Assembly: GCF_021869535.1 (NCBI RefSeq)
Contig: NW_026262745.1
Span: 77,500,001-77,564,000, forward strand
DNA length: 64,000 nucleotides
Direction of reading: 5' to 3'
From: Mytilus californianus
Taxonomy: Eukaryota
Below are positions 49,741-63,414 of this stretch, in pieces. A program made the position numbers and the translations under genes. Under the pieces are notes generated by a model that was not told where the DNA came from, did no database searches, and worked only from the letters and a program-made list of their open reading frames with translations. Numbering within the stretch: the first letter of the stretch is position 1; each line of letters begins with the position of its first letter.

Positions 49741-51204
49741 ATTGGAATGAACATTACAGCGTGAAGTACATCCGGGTATTTAAGTTCGTAAGAAGATTAT
49801 AATTTGAGTAATGTTACTGTGTCAATATACACGAAAGAACAAATATTTACCAATCAAACTATGTGGATAAATGATAAGTAAGGATACACCTAATATCAAG
49901 AAATACATAGATCGTGGTAGACATATACACGTACGGACGATACACGAGGGGCTGGACAGGGGGGTTAAGTTTCTCCCTGCTCCCGCCCCTCTTTTCTCTT
50001 CTCCCGCCCCTTCTCCCTTCTCCCGCCCCCTTCTCCCTTCATTCACGCACGGTGAAAGAACGATCCACGATCCACGCACGATGAGCGATGAGCGTTACAC
50101 GGAGGATTAACGAAAAATGAATGCATATTATACATGTATATAAGAAATACTGCGATTTGATTCAAACAAAATCCATTATTTGTAAAGATAGACTTTTGCA
50201 GAGATTGGGTTATTTAAGAAATAATTATTTGGAATGATAGAATTCTTCTGAAGCGGATCTATAATACACGTTCGAAAGGCAGCCATTTTGATTTGATGAA
50301 GCCAAAACGATATAGAAAAATTAACCGTTTCACGATAACAAAAAATGAACAGGGCCTTTTATAGCTGACTATGCGGCATGGGCTTTGCTCATTGTTGACG
50401 GCCGTACAGTGATCTATAGTTGTTAATTTCTGTGTCATTTGGTCTCTTGTGGAGATACCACATCTTCTTATTTTTATAAATACATGTTAATTTACTACTT
50501 AGAATGACTTTATTAAATTTCCTGGTGAGCAACACCAACACAAAGTATAGTCGGCTACAAAAAGCCTCGATATGGAAAATGTGAAATAATTCAAACGAGA
50601 AAACTAACACGCATACAGATGTTTTATCTCTTTTTCTTTTTCTTTTCTGACTAATATATAATAGATACCATTGTATGTTAATCTTTAAATAATTTTGGTA
50701 GTATATGTTTTTCGGTATTATTTCATTGAATGCGACACAAACCATACGTCTCGTTTCGTTCTTATTTTTATGTATTGCTGTTTTGTTATGTTTTTTGTTA
50801 TTTTATTATTATTTTTTGGTTGGTTTGGGGGGGGGGGGGGGGGGATTATTTTTCGTGTAAGGAGGAGGTGGTGTAGTTTGGTTATTTTTGTTGTGTGGAC
50901 GTTGTAGTCGTGATGGTGATGGTACATGGCATAGGCCAATACATAGGTGTGCAGTTGTAGCTTTATATCTGCTGCATGTTTAGGAAGTTAGGTTTTTTCG
51001 ATTTCGGACATGTATGAAGCAAAAACACAAAACATTATTTTGTTATTGTCAGTGATTGCAGTTCAAAATTCACGCATGCAATGAAATTTCTATAAATTAT
51101 TAAAATCCAGATAAATTGTTAATAAAAAATACGCCATTCCTTTTGAAAATGTACAGTGATCTATAAAATCAAGATTCATCAATTATACCATACTTATAAT
51201 TTTG

Positions 51205-51251
51205 TACTCCAGACGCGCGTTTGGTCTACAAAAGACTCGTCAGTAACGCTC
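51205..51251 (-). ncRNA. Degenerate hammerhead of a second retrozyme-like family
   Basis: Minus strand GCGTTA-CTGACGA-GTCT tttgt AGAC-cAAA-C-gcgc-G-TC^TGGAGT; G12 mutated. Associated repeat body continues to about 51350. Confidence 0.7.
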
Positions 51252-52205
51252 CCATAAAGAAAGTAAAAATGCCAAATAAAGTACGAAGTGGAGAAGCTTT
51301 GAGTGCCGAAAATTTCGAAAGGCTTTACACGTGCAGTCCAATAACAACATTCAAAACTATACGTATACATTTTCGTATAGTTGTGATCACCACGCTCCTA
51401 CTTTCTGGATGATTATTTTCATGTGTGTTTAAGGCTATTATCACATGCGTTCTTTCCCTCAGAAGTACAATACCAGAATACAGAATTTGCTAAAATAAAA
51501 AGCATTTGCCAATTTATTTTGTTGTAGTATTTCTATATCGTAAATTACATCTTTCTAGCATCACACACCGTGTTTCGAGCAGCATCTTAGCGCACACACA
51601 AGTCAACATCACCAGCACCAACTCAGCCACCACATTCTCCTATCCCATCTACCATGGAAACATACCAATGTTTACAAAAACATCTAAAATGACGACGTCT
51701 AAACTATCCCACAGCTATCAGAATCCAGACACACTCAGAAGAATATATTGAGCACATTAAATCAATGCATATGAACCAATAAAACAGAAAAAGGGTAAGC
51801 TATTGCCAGTAATAAGTACGATAGATACAATAGGATTTATATTCCCTATTGGTATTAAAACAAATGTTTTTTTGCTATTTGTGTACAACACATTGTCTCT
51901 GTTTCCATTTGCAATAAATATGATTTTGCAATCCTAGATACAGCATATTTTGATTGGTGTTACCTATTGCATATGCCGTACCGATAGCTGGTAATTATAG
52001 GTTGTGAACAGTCGTCATGTCAGAATGGGAATCTTCTTTCATTTAGAGTCAGGAACACTTTACCAAAAGCGATCGGTTCAGATTTTCACTAAAATAAATA
52101 AACTTGGAGGCAGAAATTTGATTTTTTCGTAAGACTTTTTTTTATACAAAAAATAAAAAAAACATTGTGTATGTTTAAAAAAAAAACAGCCTTATTAAAT
52201 TTTGC

Positions 52206-52250
52206 ACGCCAGACGAGCGTTTCGACTACACAAGACTCATCAATGATGCT
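52206..52250 (-). ncRNA. Degenerate hammerhead, same family as 51205
   Basis: Minus strand GCATCA-tTGATGA-GTCT tgtgt AGTC-GAAA-C-gctc-G-TC^TGGCGT; C3 mutated. Confidence 0.7.
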
Positions 52251-52515
52251 CGAATTAAGATAGCTCTGACAACATAGTCATATGTACTGTAAATGTTTTT
52301 ATCTTTTAAAGCAGCAAGAAAACGAGTACGATGATATAATTCTTCTAAAACATTTCATAAGAGCTATGTTCTATTTTCATTTCAAATGTTTTCTTTCTAG
52401 TCACATACATGTACGATGCTATTTTTTGCTATATTCTTTATAGAATATGAGAATATTGCAAAGCCTGTAACCACCCTATACTTTGTATTACATTTTTGAC
52501 AAAGCACGACATTAA

Positions 52516-52905
52516 GGATGTTCGCTACTCTGTTTCAAAATAACAAGCTTTTTGAAAGACTGTCATAAATTGATAGTATATAAATGAAGAAACTAAAAAA
52601 GCAGAAAAAGATGAAGGGTCCGTGTGCTTGTTTTCGAGATATAAGCCATTGAAAATTTGGCGGGAAATAATTCTCTCTAGATTTTCCATACATTTAACAT
52701 AGGCACCTTTTTTCTTTCAAAAACATTGAAAAAATAACAAGGATTTTATAAGATTTTCAAATATGGCTTTTTAAACTATATGTAATAAAATTATGAAAAG
52801 AAAAGTAGGGGTTAGTGGACAAAATTACTTAATGGAAAAACATGGATAAAACCAGAGGATTCGGAATATCTGACAAAAAATCAAAAACAAGAGGAGCGAA
52901 CATCC
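52516..52905. mobile_element. Kolobok-type MITE
   Basis: TTAA-GGATGTTCGCT...AGCGAACATCC-TTAA: perfect 11-bp TIR and TTAA duplication. Confidence 0.88.
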
Positions 52906-53004
52906 TTAAGTCCTTTTTTTTTGGCAAATAGTTCAGGCATGCTATCATTTGTGTTAATGTATATATAATCCCACATTGTGTCCCATACTAAATGACTCCC
53001 AATT

Positions 53005-53048
53005 AAAACAGACGCGCGTTTCTTCTACAAAAGACTCATCAGTTACGT
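53005..53048 (-). ncRNA. Hammerhead with intact core letters but broken stems, same family as 51205
   Basis: Minus strand CTGATGA-GTCT tttgt AGAa-GAAA-C-gcgc-G-TC; the 10.1-11.1 pair and stem I are disrupted. Repeat body continues to about 53130. Confidence 0.7.
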
Positions 53049-54449
53049 TCGAATAAAAAAAGTTAAAAGGCAAAATAAAGTACAAAATTGAAAAGCATTG
53101 AGGGCCAAACATTCTGAAAGGTCTTGCCAGCTGCATCAATATTATAAAAAGTAAAATAACAAAAGTACCGAACTCCAAGGAAAATTCAAAAACGGAAAGT
53201 CATTTATCAAATGAAAAAATCAAAAGCTCAAACACATCAAACGAATGGAAAACAACTGTCATATTGCCCAGCCGGCACAGGCATTTCCCCATGTAGAAAA
53301 CGGTGGATTAACCTGGCCCCACAGCTAGCTAAACCTCTCACTTGCATGAAAGTCGCATAGAATTCCATTATGCCGACATGTTAATTGACAGTTAGTACCC
53401 AACACTTCATTTTTACTTTCGGTAATCACGACAACAATAGACATGATAGGGGCCACATTACCTGGGTAGAATCATTGACCTTCGCCGGAAAAACTAGCAA
53501 TCCTAGTCAATTAATATGGGAGACGAACTCACCTTGCCACGAGCGGGATTTTAACTGAAACCGCAATAATTTTGACAAGCTGAGAACCCTGTCAAAGAAA
53601 CATATAATACATGTACAAATAGAAGCACTGTTCCGTTGATATATTCAAGTTCATGAATGTCATGGGATGTTTTTTTCTTGCTTACTTCCAACTCTTATTG
53701 TTTCTTGTTCAAAATAAAAACGATTTCCACAAGGCATAATAAGTCGTCACAGAATCATTCGTGTTGTAAATTTTATTATTTCAATTAATTTCGAAGAATC
53801 CTTTCAATCTGTATTTCAAAAGGAACGAATAGAAACTCTTGTTAACATGCATCTGAACGAAAATATGTTTTATAGACATCCAATAACCCATATTACTTTG
53901 AATTCAGACATTGTAGTATGGAAAGTCATTCAATCCAATAACAAAAGTTGATTGACCAATTTGTTAAGGATTCAGAATAAAGGGAAGCCACGATTGAATA
54001 GCTTAATAAGTCTGATTTCACTAATCAACCTCTATTACTCCATAGAAAGCTTATTAGAGTTTGTCTATAGAAGATGGCAATATATCTGACTTAATGACGG
54101 AAACTGGTTTGGAATTAGTTGACAGCATGGAAGTAGTATCGACATAATTTCCGGGTTTCTTTGCGTAATGTTCGAATCAACGTAATGTGCCGATTGCAAT
54201 AAAATATTTATCAATTTCGTAGTACGTGAAGTTATGTATCACTTCAGTCTTTTGTTTTTTTTGTATTTTTTGCTTTTGCTTTGTTCAGATTTCAACATAC
54301 ACGTTTTTAATATAATTAGTTTTTTCTTTCCTTTTTTCCTAATATGTTTTTTTCTGTTTTCTTTTATGGTTACCATTTGGTTTTTTTTTTCTTTTTTCAT
54401 TCGTGTTGTTATAGTTATACCATAATATGATGGCCTTTTCTGTTCAGCA

Positions 54450-54830
54450 ATACAGTAGGTCTCTATAAAGTCTTCAAGGAATTAAAAGGCATATTCTAAT
54501 TCTGAACAATGTTAAACGCTGACTAAGAATTTGCTGTGGGACAACTGCATCGATATATTAAGTTTTTAGTTAGTTCTCAATACTTAATTTTCACTCTCGA
54601 TAAGCAGGACAATAATATATACATTGATGAGATTAGAACATAGGTAAAGATGTTTGGGGTCACTGAAAACAATCGTAGAAGACTAAGTCTGGTGATCCCG
54701 AAATTATCCCATCCTAGATTCATCAGCATATTGTAATCTGGTTATCACAGATATTCTCGCTGTTATGTTGAAACAACTGCGTACTTTCCTGCAACACCTA
54801 GGTTTATTGCCGGTAAAAATCGATCTCTCC
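54450..54830 (-). mobile_element. Highly degenerate CR1/L2-group LINE 3' fragment
   Basis: Minus strand contains MLMNLGWDNF and traces of the post-RT region; many stops. Confidence 0.45.
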
Positions 54831-55379
54831 AATTTACACTTTTATGCAAAAAAGTTTGTGGACCTTTTTTTGTCTTTTGTTATATTTTCCTTGTTTATTA
54901 TTTGCATTTTTATATAAGGTTTGTGGTATCATCTTGTTTTCCTTTCCAAAACTGAATAAGGTACTTCTTAATAAGGATAAATGTATATATCTTTCTACTA
55001 TGAATTTAAGTGTATATACAATTTATATGTCCATTGTTTTATTTGTTCTACTGACTCGTAACCAGTACATACAGTTTGTTGTTCACTTGCTTCACGAACA
55101 TGTGTCATTGACTTTAACTATTAACTATTATAGCAATTAGTTATAGTGATGGATCAATAGAAGCTGATCAAGATTTAAATCAAGACATGTTGAAGCTGTA
55201 AAAAGTTTAATCTGTAATGAAATCAAACGTAAATTTAATTTCTAAGATTTTTCAAGCTTTTACCTTTATTAGTTTAGGTTCTCGTTCATATTGAGGACGA
55301 CGGTGATGTTGCTTTCAATTGTCTCTATGTATATCAATATATAAAACTTTAAAACTCAGGTTTGTGTTTTGTTATATAG

Positions 55380-55485
55380 CTCGTCAAATATTTCGGTTCT
55401 TATACATACTTCGCATCCAAACATTCGACTTTGGGCGTTCCTGATCAAGGTTATCCATAAAAGCGCTTCGGATGAATGAAATTTA
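55380..55485 (+). ncRNA. Degenerate copy of the 26100-26250 hammerhead repeat
   Basis: GGGCGTTCCTGATcAAGGTTATCCATAAAAGCGCTTCGGATG; core G8 and G12 mutated. Confidence 0.65.
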
Positions 55486-57519
55486 TAAAGAATTGATTTA
55501 ATTATTTTGGTTGTCGTCTGCCATAGATGTGTTTTACATAATAATATTACTAAAATCATAAAACAAATTGTACTCAAACCCGGTCTTTATGTCATTTCAT
55601 ATTTTGTTAATCCAGGTCTTTTTACAGCTTAATTTACAGTATGGCCTTTACTCATTGTTCAAAATCATTCGGTTATCTGTAGTTGTTTAAGGTTTTATTA
55701 GACACCCTGAAAAATCCATAACCAATACGTTCAATTACTGAAATATAATTGATACGGCGTAAATGGCTTTGTCATCAGTAGCAACGAACAGGATATTTGT
55801 ACGCTATATGATTTCAAAGATGTGTCTATCACTATCGAAAATTATATTAAAATAAACACAATGCAGCATCTTTCTCCAAACTTAGTGATTATGCGGGAAC
55901 TTTCATCCGTTGGCAAATAAGTTTAAAGCATTCAAGGAGCATGGCTCCGAAACAGAAGCAAAAGTAGTCAATTTTGTCATTGCGGGATTGCGTCTTTACA
56001 TTTAAATCTACATCAGTAATTGTTACTTAAGAATCGACTCGTTGGCGATTGTTGGAAATGATAAAAAAAGACAAGACACTGTTGTAGTGGCATTAACACA
56101 ATTAATCGAAAAAAGACAACGTAGTTGAAAAATTAAGATGGGAAAACATACAAATGTAAGACTGTGCACACGACAAAATCCTGAAACAAAACACTGATGA
56201 TAAACTCGGATACCCGGAAGGATAAGCTGTTCCTGTTCATCTAGTAGAACCTATCATGTTGTTAATATATAAAGTACGATAGGTCTAGTCGCATATTGTA
56301 AAGTCATAACAGATGGCAGGAGGAAATAATGTTTGCTACAGAAAAAGGAAAATATCTGTGGTTATTTGTGATACACATTTAACAAAGGAGTTAGCTAAGT
56401 CCTGATTTAATTCTCTTTATTTTGTCAAAGCTTGAACCATTTTCAAACAACCTTAAAAGTTGTATGTTGTATTATTTTCTATTTTGATTAAGAAATAGAC
56501 AAAATAAAATCCAATTTATTCGACTAATTTCGTTGTTGCTTTTTTTCCGAAACTCTACTTAATAAGTAAATTTGATCATTCGATCCAAGAAAAATGATTG
56601 TTCTTAGATCATTTTTCATTCAATTAGTCTGCATCTACATCATCAAGAAAAATCCATTCAATATGACCTTAAGAATCTAATTAAATTGCATTTAAATTAC
56701 CGAAGATGCATGTCGTCTTTCCGCAACACTGATGATTTCTAAGAAATAAAGTTTTTTAATGAGCATGACATTAAATTCAATGGGGTGTTAAATGAATTTG
56801 TTATCTCAGATCTTTTTGTAACACCCACCTGGTAGTGCATGGAGTGTAACGAAATCAGGAAAAATATGAAATCGATTGTATCATCTATAGTTCGCTCTTC
56901 TGTATTGAAGGTACATATTGAGTAGAAGTAATTGCAAGCACCTATGTATATCCATAATCAACACGTTCAATAACAGAACATCATTGACACGTCGTAGGCG
57001 GAATCGTCATTAGTAGTACCGGACATACTTTTTATATGTAGCTTTTATCACACTATAACCTCAAAGATTTGTATATTACTGTCGGAAATTAATTCAATAA
57101 AACACGTAGTAATATTTTTCTCTCTAGTTTTCATGATGAGAGATAGTAATACCCTATGGTAAATAAGTTTACGACGTATAAGGATGACAGCGAACCAGTA
57201 GAGGATTTATTAAGCCTTAATTTGTAACCGAAAGGAAATGCAGAAGTATTCAAACGGAAAGTTAGCTATTCATTTTCGTATTGATTAATAATTGATAAAA
57301 CCTAAAATAGATTTTAAATAATCACTGCAGTCATACAAGATGCTGTTTTTGGCCGCTGGTGAAATTTGATGGACAAATAACAGCTGCAATTTCTTAACTA
57401 ATTAGTACTTAACTTTACCGTACGAAGTACTGTTTCCGTTGAATGCCACATGTTTTAATTTAGATTAGTACAGACAATCTCGTTTAATTGAGGGAATATG
57501 TGTTGTTTTCTTTAATGAC

Positions 57520-57765
57520 ATGTCAATGTTGGTCAGGACAGGCACCGTTGTACGTAAAAACCGACGAAGGTCGAGCAGCAAGGGATCGACACGAAGAGGG
57601 TCAGCACCAACTGTTCTCCAGCCAACAGCGCCATCACCGTCAGCCCATCTCGGAATCAATCAAAATGTTAGAACATACCTTACACCTCAACCGTCGCCGT
57701 CTAAAAGCGTCACCTTTAGTTTTGATTCAGAGAGAATGACTGCATCCGGTGCTAACTCGCGACAG
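57520..57765 (+). CDS. Gene D exon: Arg/Ser/Pro-rich disordered segment, product unknown
   Basis: GC-richer 82-codon ORF MSMLVRTGTVVRKNRRRSSSKGSTRRGSAPTVLQPTAPSPSAHLG..SPSKSVTFSFDSERMTASGANSRQ ending at CAG|GTAAGA, phase 0. The frame is also open upstream to an AG at 57472-73, so this may be an internal exon. Confidence 0.75.
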
Positions 57766-59687
57766 GTAAGAAAATGGTGTTTTAGCTCTTCCTTGTTTCG
57801 TCCTCAGTGTAGTTTTTGTACAACGTATCTTATTTGCTTTATTTCTTTTATATGCAGTCAGACCTTTCACTAAAAACTAAATATACTTCTAAAATGAAAA
57901 TAAGATACAATAACAATGAAAAGAAGCTATCTCGTTGCCATAACCAGCAATTTCTTTTTTTTTATTTAATATAACTGGTTTTTTTTTGCATCTTGGTATG
58001 ATATTTACCGAATAATTATAAACATACACGTAGGCTTTGCTTTCCATTTCATTTTAAATACTTTCAATGTTTAAATCTTTTTTCCCTATGCATACCCGTT
58101 TTCTATTCATGGTGTGAATATATCATAAACTAATGGCGTGTATATGCTTTAACTAGTCTGATAAAAGATGTTATTATCATGGCAATTAATGTACAAAATT
58201 AATATGTTCTTGCACATATTCCATTTTCAACATTATAGCTATTCCTGTTCAACATTTTATCTCACAAATTACAGACTTGTATAGGATGTTTTTATTCTGG
58301 ACAATAGTTGAAGCGTCCTTTGAAAATCATATTTTACTCGATCTACAAAAGTTTTTCTTGATTTTGTTGTATTTCTTTATCAGCAAGAACTTCTTAAATT
58401 TATATAACTTAATCTTAAAACTAGTTACAGAAAAGTTTACATAGTTTTTATTTTGTTGTCTTTTTTTCCAAGCACGATACAGAATATTTACAGATTAGTT
58501 AACAAAAACTAAAATTAAAACTGATGACATTTTTTATGTATTTTTGTCATTATTCAACATATATAACCTTTGTGGAAACTAGAATTTCATTTCATATCTG
58601 ATTAAACAAGAAAATGAAATATAGATTACTCTGTTTTCCCCCACAATAATCAGATTAGTAAACTATTTATTTTACAATCCTATGGCTTATACAAACCTAA
58701 CGACGTTCTGTTTTTGATCGGCAATGTGGTGTGGAATTGCTGATTTTAAATTCTGCGTAAAGGAATTGCTTCCAACATACTGAAACTGAGTTTAAATTCA
58801 GTGGCGTTTCGAAATGTTTCTACCATACTGAAAACTGATAAAATTCAGTAGAATTTGGAAAGGCTTCTAACATATTGAAAACTGATTTTAAATTCAGCAG
58901 TGTGTGGAATTGCTTAACTTACTGAAAAATGCTGATCTTGAAATGTTATAAACAGTAAAAACAACGATAAAAAATTAAAAGAACATCAAGTCACACTTGA
59001 CTCCATCTTCACCATTAAATACTGGATATTGCAGATTATTTTTGTTTTGCTTAATTGACTCATCGATACAGGTTGTAATTTAATGTGAAATCGTTGCGTC
59101 TTGTAATTTGGAGGATTTAATTTCAATTCCCTTGTTTACAGTTTCAAACACGTGTCATAACCTGATTTTTTGTAGATCTCATGTTGCTCATTCTTGAGTT
59201 TTCTATGTAGTATTTGGTTAACTGCCGTTTGTTTTTTCGTCGTTTTTAGCCATGTTTTTTTTTCGTTTTCTCTTCGACTTATGTGTACTGATTGTCCCTT
59301 TTGTCTTCTTTCGGTACGAGGGAATTACGACTGCTACTATTAAATGAGGCTACATTGGATAGTGAAATATCCTTCACAAACCTCTTAGGGCTCATTAAAC
59401 AGCTGTTACATGGGTTCTTTAACGTGCAGTGGGCATGGCACTCTATCTGTACGAGGCATTCTATTCAACATCCATATTCAGTCCAGACTTTGCATCGTTT
59501 TCATGCATTCTGCCAGGCAAAGTGGATGCTTATCTTTAATATCGAATGGAACAAATCTAGGGATGACCATATTTCTATTTCAGGAATAGAATATCTTACC
59601 TCTATTTGGCAAAATCTTTCGGAATTTTGGGATCTCATTGCTCTTCAATTTCGTACTTTCTATGATTTTTTTCAATTTTTTATTCGA

Positions 59688-59733
59688 GCGTCACTGATGA
59701 ATCTTTTTTGCAGACGAAATGTGCGTCTTGCGT
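59688..59733 (+). ncRNA. Hammerhead, same family as 51205-53048, within a repeat of about 59590-59770
   Basis: GCGTCA-CTGATGA-aTCT..AGAC-GAAA-T-gtgc-G-TC^TTGCGT; core letters intact, G10.1 changed to A. Confidence 0.75.
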
Positions 59734-60359
59734 ACAAAATATTAATCCTAGTATGATTAATTGATTTATACCCATACCAGTCCTCCGGGTTGTAGCCGAT
59801 TCACTCAGGCTTTTGTGACAGCGATATTTTCCTCTTTGTTTTATTTCGTGGAAATTCAAACTTTATCTAAAAGCAAGCGACTATTGTTCTCGAAATTGTT
59901 AGCTTACATGTTGAGAAGTTAATCCATTTTAATCCTAGCATTGTCCATTTCTTGTTATCATATATTATATGTTTTTTTAATTGTATTATTTGTTTGAATC
60001 ATTAAGGGACAAATTTCATTATTACATGTAGTTATGATTAAGTAAGATTACGTAATTCATATTAGATCGTTTCTATGTAAATGGTCAGTTGGATACCAGC
60101 GGTCAAGCTGTACGGACGCCGTACATTTACAGTGACATTCATTGTGTTTAGTATAGAACATTTATTGGAATTACCATTTGTTTTATCTTTTCGGAATATT
60201 ACCGTTGAACTTTTATTGTAATTAATGTATTGCACTATTGAAGAAGTTATATATAAACCATCGTAAAGCTTAACTTAGTTTTGTTGACTTTAGACAGTGA
60301 CTTTCCCCCAGAATTCTAAATATAACAGGAACGACGAAAACCCCTGTTATACTTATTTA

Positions 60360-60677
60360 GGCAAGATTAATTATAATGAACAATAGAAAGGTCCATGATT
60401 CAGTCAAGATTAATTATAATAAACAATAAAAATATCCATTCAGGCAAGATTAAAAGTATAATAAACAATAAAAAAAGCCCGTGAAGGCAAGATTAAGTAT
60501 AATAAACAATAAAAAAAGCCCGTGCAGGCAAGATTAAGTATAATAAACAATAAAAAAAAAGCCCGTGCAGGCAAGATTAAGTATAATAAACAATAAAAAA
60601 GCCCGTGCAGGCAAGATTAAGTATAATAAACAATAAAAAAAAGCCCGTGCAGGCAAGATTAAGTATAATAAACAATA
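60360..60677. repeat. Minisatellite, about 8 units of about 40-44 bp
   Basis: Unit GGCAAGATTAAGTATAATAAACAATA(A)nGCCCGTGCA with variable A run. Confidence 0.95.
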
Positions 60678-60797
60678 TGAAGGCTCATTTAGGGAAGAAT
60701 AATTATAATATTCTATTCTTTATTACCTTGAACTTTACAGTTCATCGGTGTCAATACAAATTTTCACAAAGTACACAAGTAAACAGACAGAGAATGT

Positions 60798-61031
60798 TCA
60801 TGTAATATTGTCTCTAATTTTAAATGCAGTAAAAATGTATTTTCCTAAATTGGTTAACTGTTTGATGTTCTTTAAACTTAAAAGTTCAATAAATTTAAAC
60901 ACACTTGGTCTAGACCAGTAATATTTCTTAATGAATTTTACTCTAAGTTCCTTATATTTCGGACACACTAAGATGAAATGGAATTCGTCTTCAATACACT
61001 GACGGCAAATTGTACATATACGACGTGACAA
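60798..61031 (-). mobile_element. LINE ORF2 3' end with C-terminal zinc motif
   Basis: RRICTICRQCIEDEFHFILVCPKYKELRVKFIKKYYWSRPSVFKFIELL..LGKYI..AFKIR; same type as 21670-22560. Confidence 0.85.
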
Positions 61032-61658
61032 CTCAATACTTTGGTAGCGTCCAGTTTCTACTGCTAATGAATGCGAAGAAAGTCTTATTTTTGAAAGAGT
61101 ATAATAAACAATATATCTGTATTCTCATCACCAAATACACAGTTACAGAGAAGGATGTATAACATACACATAAATACATACACATAAGTACGATATAAAC
61201 AACAACAACAAAAAACAATTTCAATTTACTCAGGAGGACACACTTGCTTTTTTATAATTCTTATAAACTTAAATAAATTTATGAGATAAGTCCTATTGGT
61301 AGAAGACATAATTTCATATACATTGTATAGCTTTTATAGCTGACTATGCGGTATGGGTTTTAGTCATTGTCGAAGACCGTACGGTGACCTATAGTTGTTA
61401 AGTTCTATTTCTCATAGGCAATCATACCACATCTTATTTTAATAATTTCAGTAATAGTATAATATTTGGCCTTCTTTTAAAATTTTGTTTTACAAATTTA
61501 TTTCTCTCTTCTATAAAATGTGAACAATTCATACTATAATGGAACTCGACCCCAATATGTAGATAACATAAATTACACTAAAGCTTTTCTATTTTCCCTT
61601 ACTGCATTGAACCATCTTCCAAGTCCGACTGGAAGTTTATGGTTACATATTCTAAAGT

Positions 61659-62233
61659 AGTAGGTTCGATAAGCCCCAAAAATGGCCCCCTTCTTTTTTA
61701 GCTTAAATATCAAATTAGGATTTATCGACCAATATCACAATGAACCATAGCTAATACAGTGACTAGAAAGGAAATAAGCCTTTTTGTTGAAAATTTAGAT
61801 TCCTGCGTTTTATTCATGACGTCACAAATAGTACTAATTTAGAATTTCCACGAAAAAATCAATGAAAATGGGTAAATTTCCATGGATTATTGGACAGGAA
61901 ACAGGGAGCGCAAACGTCGACAAAAAAGATCTTTTAAAATTATGTTTGTAAAGACAGTTTACATGTCTAACTTGAAAATTTTGTTTGTCGACGCCTGCGC
62001 TCTATGTTTCCTGGTCCTAAATTTGGTTGAATTCCGCCCGATTTTGTCAAATTTCGCCAAAATCTCTTATCTTGAACTATTTGGGATGTAAAAATCAACA
62101 CATTAGAAGAAAACTTTGACACAAATAGTTATATCTTACTTTCTCATATGTCTTTAAGTCAACTTAAAACATGTTTATCGTGTAACATTGAACTTTATAA
62201 TCGGGGCCAAATATGGCCCATACCGAACATACT
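61659..62233. mobile_element. MITE with about 31-bp imperfect TIRs
   Basis: AGTAGGTTCGATAAGCCCCAAAAATGGCCCC versus GGGGCCAAATATGGCCCATACCGAACATACT; TSD and superfamily unresolved. Confidence 0.65.
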
Positions 62234-63414
62234 CATTTATATAACGTAAAACAAAATTTCGTCTAAAATATTCATGTCTGTCACTAAATAAAATACCACC
62301 AGATTTTAGTTTTGCAATTTATTTTTATTTATTTTTAAATTTGAATATAACCTGCATGCTTTTGTTCATTGTTGAAGGCCGTACGGTGACCTATAGTTGT
62401 AAATTTCTGTGTCATTTGGTCTGTTGTAGAGAGTTGTCTCATTGGCAATCATACCACATCTTCTTTTTTATATGGTAGTTTTATTTCATCTCTATCATCA
62501 AGTTTTGTTTCAACTAAACGTATAATGTCATGATTTCTTAACAAAGATAGAAAGGCCCACTCAGGTAAGATTACTTATTATAAACAATATAACGTTATAA
62601 CTTTACTATAATATTAATCTCTAATTAAATCGTTCAAATATCAGTGAACAATAAGTCACGTGTTGCTCTTAACGTAAGAGGATTTCATCGATGTTTATTT
62701 AGATAATAGGATTAATTCAGTAATGAAATACCTGTTTTAAGCATATTACAGCGTATGCTTGACATTACAACATTCTGAGAGCTTACTAATAAGCTATAAT
62801 GGAAAGAAAGTTGTATTGTTATTTCTTGTTTCAAAGACAAAGATGCCTTGAATATCTCCGTGAAATATTGATATTCTGAAGAAATATCGTACATTACGTC
62901 AAAACTGCATTTTAAATTTTACACATCGGAAATATCTTGAAATACAAATGTAGCTACAAAAGAGCTCCTGTTGTTCACAAGTATATATTAATGTCGTTTT
63001 GGGGGAAAACACCAAATTTAATAGATTAAACTAGCTATTTCCAATATCATGCAATAATCATAGTCTTTTATTGGTGTTCGATTTATTTTTAGGTCTCCTA
63101 ATCTCCACTTGCAAATATTAAATATTTCAAGTATTATTAGAATAAAAACATGTTTTCAATACTCCAGGTGGTAAAACCTGGAAGAGGTAATTGGCTAGGA
63201 AAAGAATTTGATCATTTTGACACATACTAAGATAAAGTCGCACTGGATTTGGTACTATGATATCTAGCCACTACACATGTCACTGAGGGGCCATTCAGGT
63301 CATTTTTTGCTCGGTTATGTTAACGATCAAAAAGAGCGGCATTTCACTAACACGTGCGTTTTTGTTGTATTCAACTTGCTTTTTTGTTTTTGTTTTTTTT
63401 TTCTTTTTTGTCAG

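Noticed and set aside
49822-50110. Opposing ORFs over a (TTCTCCC)n purine/pyrimidine tract
   Set aside because: Low-complexity repeat-derived sequence; ORFs arise from the lack of stops.
50718-51751. His/Pro-rich and Ser/Thr-rich ORFs and a G18 run (50827-50844)
   Set aside because: No consistent splice phases or partner exons; the plausible phase-1 frame at 51559 has an early stop; the G run is a simple homopolymer.
59292-59756. 154-aa ORF, the longest in the track
   Set aside because: Spans three unrelated repeats (common repeat end, SINE core GGGTTCTTTAACGTGC, hammerhead repeat), so it is a chance ORF.
60360-60677. CRISPR-like array
   Set aside because: Units are contiguous with no unique spacers, and the context is eukaryotic with no cas genes.
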